This document shows, piece after piece, positions 35,949-64,000 of a stretch of 64,000 nt of DNA (the stretch's first letter is position 1; each line of letters opens with the position of its first letter). This DNA is from Catajapyx aquilonaris (taxonomy: Eukaryota). Under the pieces are notes generated by a model. That model was given only the letters and a program-made list of their open reading frames with translations, did not search any database and was not told the DNA's origin. The stretch is taken from positions 1 through 64,000 of the forward strand of contig KZ537959.1 of the NCBI GenBank assembly GCA_000934665.2, read 5' to 3'. The position numbers and the translations under genes were made by a program.

Positions 35949-38900
35949 TCAGGATTCATAGAGCAGTCTCTGGTAGTGGGGGAATATCTGCCAAGTGGGG
36001 AGGTGCAGGGCAAACTCGAGGGCAACCAAGACTGCAAATTCAGCGGCCAGGAGGTCCTTTCGGTTCAGCCTGAATCCTCCCTCAGTTCTCTCAATCAAAG
36101 TATGAAGCATCTCTCCTTTGACGTCATTCAGCTTGGCAGAAAGGAGTAGGCAAGCTCCGGCACACAGCTTACGATTGGCTTTGTTAATAATGTTGGCCAG
36201 GATTAATTTCTCAAAGAAAACAAAGGCCTGGGCCACGGTGAGGAGATCCACTCCACATTCGTGGCGAGCTATTTTGCGCATCTCACGCTTCAGGCTGTTG
36301 GAAAAGAACAACGTTAATGTGTGACAAATTATTTGTATTTTTATTTTATTTATGTACCTGCGCAATTTGGACAAGGTGAGCTGCACCTGGGGAAACTTCT
36401 CACGAAACTTGTCATTAAGCTCCTTCTTAAGATCAGAAGGACGAACATAATCAATGACCGAAGTCATGTATGATGGAAAGGTGAGAAGTGTGCGATGCTT
36501 CCCAGCAATCAATTCTGGGTCATCTAGAAGGTTTGGATTGTACGGGCATGCCCTAGCAGGAGCCAGCAAGTCTTCCCAGTAGTCTCCCTCTGATGACAAG
36601 TCCTGCAAAGGCGGCGAGGGTGGCAGTGGAGGGAGCCCCACAGCCAGAGCTTGCTGTGGCGGCGAGGCCGACAGATGCACCGTCGCACGATGTGCCGCAG
36701 CGTCGTAGGAATAGCACCTGGCCACAAGATGCGGAGGTTGAGTCTTCAACATTGGCTCAAAGTCGCTTTTATCCGCGATCAGAAAGAAGTGTTTGGACGG
36801 CTCCAGGAAGCGACTGTACGACACCTCCTCCCCTTCCTGCCCTTTCTCCACTCCCAGGAGGTCAAACGGGTCCATTCCGTCGCTGATGACCGACAACGGT
36901 CGCGGTCCGGACGCATGTCTCCGCCGGGCGCCATCCCCTTTCAGTAGGTCCCCCTTGTTGCCCTTGTTGTAAGGCAAGGAGGAAAAGACAGCGAACGGTA
37001 TCTTCCTCGGCGACACCAGCACGTATCGATCATCTCGTGTTGACGGGTGGTTCGACGGGTGGCTATCGGCGCGATCCAAAAACCGGATCTCCTTTCCGGT
37101 TCCATCCGACGCGGTGCCCATCAAACCGCTCCGGAAACGAACCCCGCCTGCAATCAGATAAATGGCGATTCATCATTACTGCAAGGTCGCCATGTTGAAA
37201 TTTGATTCTGCGTGACGGCCAGCCAAACACGACAAGTTGAACGCTCAATATACGACACAATGGCGCATTCAGTACGGCAACTAACACGTCCAGAATGCAC
37301 ATTTCCGGTGTTAATGTCGGGGTCGTTTGAAGGTCGCAAGGATGCATCTAGTCTTAATAGTGTGGCCTGCATTTGAAAAGATTGTGACGCACTTATTGCA
37401 TGTGCGGTAACATTTGGCAATCCTTAATAAGCGGATTCTGGCAAGGCGTGTGGGACCTCATGAGACGGGATTATTAATTTTCGTGACTAGTTACCGCACG
37501 ATTTAGCAAACGATGCGTTTCGGCCAGTTGGGCGTGGAGCTACGTTAGAATCATGCACGAACGAGAGGGATATCGTAACAGAGCCTCGAGTTTTTAAGCG
37601 TGATTTATTTGTGTCAACAGGACATAGAGAAAACGAGGCACGACAAAGGCCGGGTTTCGCCGAAAATTAGATTTAACGACCGAGGTACTCATTGTTGGCA
37701 ACAATCGAAAACACGGCTAAAACCTCGGATGTCTACCTTCCAACAACATAGCGGCTACCCACGATACCAGAGTTACCTTCAAGCAACGGTATACGAAACT
37801 GGAACTAAAAGTCTCCGTATCGAAACTGAGACCAAATATTTCACAGGCTTCCTGTTCTAAAGCTCAGCCAGCTTGGGAGCTATAAACTACGGCTGGCTTC
37901 ATGTACCGGACATTGTCATGATGAGGACGGATGAAAACGTACAAGGAAAACGCTGATTTACTTCACCTTGAGGACATGCTGGCTGCAAAATACACGGCGT
38001 TGCATTTTATGGTACTTCGAGCCCTCCCTTTGGCAATCGCTGTTTGCGCAACAATGCAGTTCAACATTAAACGCATGCTTAAAAATACAAGTGTGATTTA
38101 GGTATCAGTTTACGATTGAAACAGTAGTTGCGTGTACCTGTAAAGCACAACCAGATAGGTTCAGTTCAGGGCATAATGGGTCGATAAATTCGATACAAAA
38201 TCGAATCAAGCGAGGTTTTTATAGCCTGTTGCATAATCTAGAGATGATATGATTAGTACCGCTAACTGAAAACATGACCTGCAGCCTTAACTACCAAGTA
38301 CAACAGTGCCTGGATGGCTGGATGGCCGGGAAATTAATTTTTACCATCCACTTATTCCAAAATTTTTAACAATGACATCATGCAACTAACTTCTAACTAA
38401 GCATCTTCTCACACATGTACGTACAGTACGATACCTGATCATGGCAAGTATTCTGGCACCGGTCCAGCACGTTATCGCTTGTGTACGTCGTTTAATGGGG
38501 TAGGTCACGGTATCTTGCCAGTGGGGAAAGCCGTTTCAGTTTTTAATTATCCGCCCACTCACAAAGGCCTCGAAGGCAACGTTTGCCGGCCCTGCGGCAA
38601 CCACCCCCGCATACCGTACCTGCGTGGATGTACTGCAGATGGTGAGGAGTGGCGCCCTCGAGGATGAGCGACTCGTTGCTGATGTGCGCCGAAGCCCCCG
38701 CCGACGCACCGACGCACGGTACCTGCAGCTTTTTGCTCTTGCCCGATGTGGACGAACGTCTCTCGCTGCATTCGCTACCGGAAGTGTTGGCCCTGCACAA
38801 TAAAACACAATCACTAAAACCCACCTGAAAACAAATCGCACCCTGTACCAAATCTGCCAGTTCCGCCCCGTCAGCCCAGATGGCGCTCACTTCGCACCCC

Positions 38901-41462
38901 GAACTCTCCGTGCCATCTCTCGACCCACTGTGATCACAATCTGACCTCTGCCTACAACTCTTCACTGAAAATCAATTTCTTTCCACATAATCGCCTTTGC
39001 GATCGAAATACACGCACGGTATCTCCGGAAGAGGATCTCGACGCCCACCACAGCCCAGTTACCATGACGACAACTAATCCTGGAAACCGACTCCAGGCTT
39101 CTTCCTTGCCGACACCCTCAATCTGAGAGGAAATGTATCCAGACGAAACTGCACTCGTCGGTTCCCCCATATTGAAGGGGAAAAAAGGGTCGGTTGGCGC
39201 AAGGTCATTCCGTACGTCCCGCAGCGAAACACCGCACTTCAGCTGCAGTCTATCTTACATAATCGGACCATGTCGGGAAGTAATGCCCATTTTTCCAGTC
39301 GATTTGGAATCGTTCGTTGTTACATGCTCCATCGGAGGTTTTGCACTGCGCAAAAGTTAATCGAGCGGTACAGCTTCTGGGAAAACAGGCTGACCTCCAC
39401 AGGACAATAACACCGAGTTGCACCGCAGCCTGCGGCTTCGTGTATTGCAATTATCATCGAGGAAATGCGCAGTTTTTCAGCAGTGCACGTGCGGTCCTTG
39501 TTTTTCCCCCGTTGTTTAATGACCGATCACGTGGGTGAAGATAAACAAATACAATTGACCCTCCGGAGTGATAAGTATGAATCAATAGCCGATAAGACGG
39601 GTTTCCATCATTTTCGGGCCACGCACTGATTGCAAGGAATGGCTGTTTCCATGGCACTGGTCTATTTGGAGAACGGCTGGAAATGCGACTTCAGAAGTAT
39701 ACGCTCGCGCTGGAAAGACGAAAACACGTTCTATACACTACAAATCCGCAGTGGAGTTTGCCGCGCTGCGTAAATATTTTGATACAAAATGGGTAACTGT
39801 ATCCGTCGGTTTAACTTCCGTAAAATATGCAGTACTTAAGCCAGGAGACGTAGAAAAAAACTGACATGAAACACCGAATTTAGTATCGTGTTTGCGTAAC
39901 ATTAGAATTAACAAACATTTTCAGTTCGCGCCGTGTCATAAATGCCATTGCATTCCAGTGAGGCCATGATGTGCTAATCAGACTAGTTCCCGATGACTTT
40001 ATCTGGTTCACACCTGTTATGACAACAGGTGAGAAAGGGCATGAATCAACCTTTGATCTGGCAGTACAGGTCTGCCAGGAAAAGTAGGTCAATATGACAC
40101 TCACACTCTCCTTGCTTTGTAACTCCAGCTCCAGGCAGTACATGTATACAAGAAACATATACCGTACCTATGCCTGCTTATAAGATTAATATTTCTTCAG
40201 CGATTGGTGATAACATCAGCAACATCTGGGCAATGAACTCTGCAAGCATGAATCACTCATGCTCTGCAGTTACATTTTTGTAATTGGCTTATTTCTGCCA
40301 GGCATACTGTTGAGGAGATATCTAGCTGCATATTAAATTCTGACCAACAACTGTCAGACCCATAAACAGTATCAATATGTATGAGCAATGTTGTAATTGA
40401 CATGAAGAACATTGGCTTTACCTTTCTTCTCAAAATAGTAACACGCACGACATTCATTAGTAATGATTTACCTAATGCTAATGATGTAGAACACACCTTC
40501 ATTAGTGTTCACTAATGCATCTGAATGTTTCAACAAGTCCAATTATATCTTGTGTTAATTTAAAATACTACACTTTAGTTCATCTTTATTGGTAAAATTT
40601 GTCTTTCCATTTACTGTGTGTGCATATCTCATTGCAACATTTATTGTCAGTGATGTTAATCAATGTTACCACAAGACAAGCAAATCATTACAAATCTCAA
40701 TGGCAGGTCAATAGTAAATCATAAATATTGTTAAATTACTTTCTGTTACAGTTACTTATTTGTTAATCTTAGCGTACTGTGAATAATGTGGCCAGTTGCA
40801 TTGTGCTGTAAGGAGGATTACAATTCAATGAAAAGGATGCTATACTCATTACAACTCGCAAAATGATTCCTGGAAAAATGTCGTTTGCTGATTTCAGGAA
40901 ATTACGGGCTGAATAGAGCTGGATTGAATAACTTGAATGGATGTCGTGGACATCAATAATTCCAACCCAAGTGCATTGTTTAAATATGATACATAAAATT
41001 GCATACACACCGATCTCTGACACTGATGGAGCCCCTGTGCTCGTCCCTGGGTGGTCCCAATGACGGAAGCCCCTGGATGCCAAAGGCATTGTCGCTGCTG
41101 TTGGACTCTGAGCTGGACTCTCTCCTTGGCAGGGTGACCGAGTGCCTCACCCGCTTGGTGGCCCTGGCAACGGCCTTGGGACTGGCCCCTGGGCTGGCCC
41201 CGGGGCCGAGCACCTTCGGTAGTGGCGCTGCCTGGTCCAGCACCGGAGACACAGCTCCGGTCGGCCCGTCCACCTCGTCCGAGCTGCTGGCCCTCCCCCT
41301 GCTGACCACTTCCTTGCCCCTGGGCGGCCTCGGGGCGGGCACGAGGAGCCCCCTCCTGGTGTAGGTCCCATCGAGGGAGATGTTGGAGAGGAAAGCGACT
41401 GCCGCCATCCGTCGCCTTGTCCTCTGCCTCTTGGTCCCCAGCCCGGCGCTGCTGGCAGCCAT
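35949..41462 (-). CDS. CABLES1: CDK5 and ABL1 enzyme substrate (Cables), ~586 aa, 4 exons
   Basis: Exons 41462-41011 (RRRMAAVAFLSNISLDG, the Cables N-terminal motif), 38792-38620, 37147-36358 (YNPNLLDDPELIAGKHRTLLTFPSYMTSVIDYVRPSDLKKELNDKFREKFP...LTLSKLR) and 36294-35949 (SLKREMRK...cyclin-box, NRKLCAGACLLLSAKLND...PHYQRL). Phases 2,1,2, consistent. Confidence 0.93.
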
Positions 41463-42425
41463 GGTGGCCGACCTGGGTCTCTCTCTTTCCCTCCGGTGGC
41501 TCCCGAAGAAGTCGTCCGTCGTGGGAGGAGGGGGTGTTGCTTCTGTTTATGGGACGGAGACGGACCGGGGAGAAGGCAGGCAAGGGACATCTGACGTCAC
41601 CATGCACCACCAGCAGACAGCTGGGGCTTGCTGGCCCAGGGATGGCTGGACGGCTGCAGGGGGCGGGGTTCACAACCAGCCTGAACCAGGATTACTAGAG
41701 TGGCTATTGCACTGGCGACACCTACACTGACTCATCAATGCGCCGTACATTTGTTGCGGGTCACATTCGTGTCACGTTGTGGCCACATTTCGGGCAGATA
41801 GCATTCAGCATTCAGAAAAGTACACGGTTGATCACCTCCGGGTGCCTCCGGGACATATGATTTTCATTCGTAGTTGTTCTCACCCAGTCTATCGTTCGAC
41901 AGATCGATGGTGACAATAGTTTTAATATGTTTAAAAGTGTTAATTATGATGTACTTATTACGAAATGAATTTACATATCTTTCGTCTCTCCAGCTAACGT
42001 CCGGAAGAGATTTCACGTGGTAAAAACCCGTAAAAACCAGTTGCCTAATGAGGTCCTAATACCTGTGCGGTACAAAACATTCCTTTGGCAATTTTAAATA
42101 TATTTGTAGTTTATGTTTTATATTATTTTTGCGTAATTTTAGTCGCTGTCGAGCACCTGTCGAGAGCAGTTCACTGGGCGAGAGTAAAAGGGGTGCACAG
42201 GGAGTGGGCAGCACATCCTGCCGCAACATTACGTGAAGAGCGGAGGAGGACGGACGGAAAGAGATATCTGCAGCTGTCTCTCCTGTCTCTCTGTCGTTGT
42301 TGTCTGGTGGACTGGGGAGGCCGGCCCGCCGTCACTCCTGGCGCGGTGGTCAGTCGGAGGTGCATGCACGGATTGCAGGCCCCGAGCGCAGCCCCCGGGG
42401 AGAGGAGACTGGGAGAGGAGGAGAC
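41463..42425. promoter_or_regulatory. Bidirectional promoter region Cables/mib1
   Basis: Divergent ATGs 963 bp apart. CpG-rich; ETS-like CCGGAAG at 42001, E-box CACGTG at ~42014, Inr-like TCAGTG on the minus strand at ~41730. Confidence 0.6.
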
Positions 42426-60788
<18,363 letters not shown>

Positions 60789-63700
60789 GTCAGTTCAGAA
60801 ATATCTTCATATTAGCATGGCACTTTCTTTTTTCTTGAACACCTGTATTTTATATGAGGAGCCTGCACCATTTTGTTGACTAATAATTACATACACATTT
60901 ATATGAAAAATAACCCAACAACACATTCATATGTTCGCAAAATAGTTCACTATCATAGTATAAATATTCCAGTGCCAATGCTACCACAAAACATCAATAC
61001 CCCCAAAAAAGCATAAGCAGAAAGGTTTATTAATAATTTATAATCAATCATATTGACGTCACTGACACTACTTTAAAAGTTAACTAACCAGTAAAGCATA
61101 GCATGTAACAAAACCCATATACCATCCATCACAACTGTGAAAGAATATTCCAATAACACAGCATGCCAAACCTGCACCCCTGAACTTCTACTGCCCATCA
61201 CTCTCGTCTTCCTACTTCCTTCCCATTACTTTGAGTGTCCATTTGTTAACTACGGAATGTATAGATATTTACACAAACCTTCCATGCTACTCACACTTTG
61301 AGTATCCACACATAGAGCTCCACTTCCCTCACTAGTTGAACATTTTGTACTGTCTCTCACTCCCATCATATCCGGCCTGCAATTACTTATTATAATTATG
61401 CATCATGCTCTCCTTTTCTCCCCCACACTACTGTTTCCTTTTCACTCAACCAGGACTGGTTACTTCAACAAAGCATCCCACATCTGAATTTTTCTAGCAG
61501 CATATAAGAAGTTTTTTGTTGCCCCTTTAAAAAGCTTTAAGCTGACATGCATATTAGCGTGTACAGGACTAGCAAAGTTACTTGCAGGGGTCGTGATTTC
61601 TTCTAGCATTAATATCTTCTGCTTAGGAGATTCTTGTTAATGGATTTGCATTTATATGGGATTATTAGAAATGCTATGGAAATACCTCCAACAGAGACAG
61701 GACCTACACAAAAATTCATCGTAGCCTCAATACTCGTATCTTGTGACATGTTAGATTCGTCTTGAAAGTTGTCCAGTGCGTAGGTAGGTCGTAACTTCTC
61801 TCCTTTTTCCTCGCCCAACTCTCATCCTCCCCACCTTCATACCCTTTTGCTTTCCTCTCACCAGTTCCGAGATGCCTGACATGACCACCAGCACCTGCAC
61901 CATTTCCGACCCAAGTCCATCCACCTGCACCCTATCCACCAGTTGACCAGTAGGACTAGTATTCGCCGCGTAGAGAAGGAAAAATGCAACGCGGCCTCGC
62001 AAAATACGGCTGTGGGTGTATGGCGGACCTTCCGATCAAAGATCCGACACGCTTGCAACACCTCTTGAGGAGGTGTGCGTCTCTTAAGAGATTTTGAAAC
62101 TTCTCGCAGCAGCTGCGAGCATTGGTGAATGGGATAGGTCGCGTCCCTGGCAACGGCGGCGAGTTCGGAACCAATGTTACGACGAAAATCAAATTTACGA
62201 CCGTTAGTGAATCCAGACCTGGAACTTTTTCTTGGTGTATTAATGCTGCATGTGAATGTTGAACTTGTAATTTGGAGTTGTTGGAGAAGGTTACACGATA
62301 GTGGACGCATTTCAACACTTTCCGATGTGGAATTATTTGCATTTGCTGTCCTTGTCAACAGTTGGTCATTGCGTGAAGCTCATCGGTCCACATATGGATA
62401 GGTGCTGACAGGCACCTGTCACGACCACATAATGTCCAAAACCAATTATCTGGAGGTTAAAAAACTTGGGATTCCCATCCATCATTTAACCAAACCAAGA
62501 GGGGCAGGCATAACGAGAATGGTTGGAATGTTGTTAGACCCATCATTTGACAGTGAATGAAGTAATCAGGCTGTGTGAAAGATACCCCAGAGCATGCAAC
62601 ATGCTCTCTTGAAGCGCACTGTATCAAGTAATTGATCCAGCATGAATAATTTGGCAGGGAAAGTTTAGTTGACTGTATTCCTTGACGTTTGATTAAACAT
62701 TTACAGGGCAAAAGTGATTACCGCCACTGCGCTATGCCAAGTCATTATGGATGTGTATAGGTCGTGGCTGATGTGTGGCACAAAGCGAGCGAAATTTCAT
62801 TACAGTATACAGCGAAGGCAGTCATTTGGCGCACATGCGAACGAGTTCAGAGTGCTTAAATGGACGTGTTGTGCGAGAGGCATATGTGCACAATTTGGAA
62901 CCTCTGGAGCAAGCCATAGCAATTTTTTTTGCACCTCCAGCGATTTTGCCAGGGGAGTGGGGGAAAGAGCCGGAGGGAAGATTTATAAGCAAACAAGATG
63001 GGCGCTCTTTTGCCTGCTGTCCCGAAGAAGGTACTTGACGCGTTGGAGCCTTGTCAAGAAAGGTATCTAGGCGAGAGCCAAGAATGCCTGCTGCCTTTTT
63101 TGGCGTGAGTCAAGAGAGGCTCTGCAGAATGCTTGCAAGCCGGTTGGGGCAGGGTGGGTTTTGCATTTGAAGTCTTATTTGTTTGCGGAGGGGGGGGGGG
63201 GTGTCGCAAAAGTTGCAGGCAAGCGTGCTGTGGATGATGCCTGGGAAGCTGCTTGTGTCAGACGAGCAGGAGAGGAGGTTTTCACGGGGGGCTGGAGGGC
63301 ATATTTATTAATGGCTGGTGGGTGTTTTGGGAGGGGATGCCTTGTCAGCAGCTAAGTGTGATGGATGGATGCTGCGAACTAGTCCTGTCCGTTCTCCGAC
63401 TCGCATAACACACGTTTTGGCATATATGCAAAGGTGTCGACTCCAAGGATGCTCCAACAAAAAAAAAGCGCGCAAATGAAAATCTTGGCCTGCAGCTAAG
63501 TAATATCTCAGAGTCGCCTGGGATGTTTTTCTTTCTCTCCTCCCCGGCTCGCCAAGTGATCCCCTTACTGGTGATACCCAGCTGGGTGGGTTGTGGGGTG
63601 GGGCACGGTGCGGGGGATTAGTGGGAATCGCCAGCATCAATCAAAGGCTCGGGAAAGTTGGCAGGGCTGGTGGGGGGTGCCGCCCTTCATTTTCCAGCGC

Positions 63701-64000
63701 CCGGGATTTTCCTTCCGGGAGCTTTACTCCGCACTGTGTAATGTATAGAGAGCGTTACATGTGTCACGCACGCGGGAAGCTCCCCGCTTGTGTCGACTGC
63801 TGACTTTTCCTTGCCTTGGGACAAAAAGGGCCGGGAAGCAAAGTGCAGTCAACAAGCACATATACACGGCGGGATTGAATGCAGAAGCAGGTAAACAAAA
63901 GGACGAGTGGGAGTCAATGGGTGCTCGGTGGTCCACAGTAGTGTTTGAAAGCCTTCGTCGCCACTTGTGTGGAGACAGCCAGCGAGAGAGAGAGAGAGGG

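Noticed and set aside
40894..41673. 259-aa minus ORF overlapping Cables exon 1
   Set aside because: Alternative frame in GC-rich sequence; the conserved Cables motif is in the 41462 frame. A uORF role cannot be excluded but is unsupported.

Overview
Eukaryotic (arthropod, most likely a non-holometabolous hexapod given the odorant-binding proteins) gene-rich window with seven spliced protein-coding genes, all reconstructed by hand from GT-AG sites with consistent reading phase. In order: CCDC102A-like (-); HEATR1/UTP10 (+, nearly all in one 5.4-kb exon); an orphan type-I membrane protein with SUEL-lectin-like, CUB and CCP/sushi domains (-); a tandem pair of 139-aa, 8-cysteine odorant-binding-protein-like genes that the ORF track shows only in fragments (-); Cables (-); and, head-to-head with it, mind bomb 1 (+, runs off the right edge). 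Introns hold many MITEs and DNA-transposon relics (pogo/mariner-like, hAT-like, piggyBac-like, PIF-like), often nested, plus tRNA-derived SINEs, an RTE-like LINE fragment and a probable solo LTR. Best leads: the atypical OBP pair (between Classic and Plus-C), the lectin-CUB-sushi receptor with paired cysteine loss, the Cables-mib1 linkage echoed on human 18q11.2, and an hAT-like family with an apparent target-sequence preference. No searches were run; family calls rest on motif recognition.
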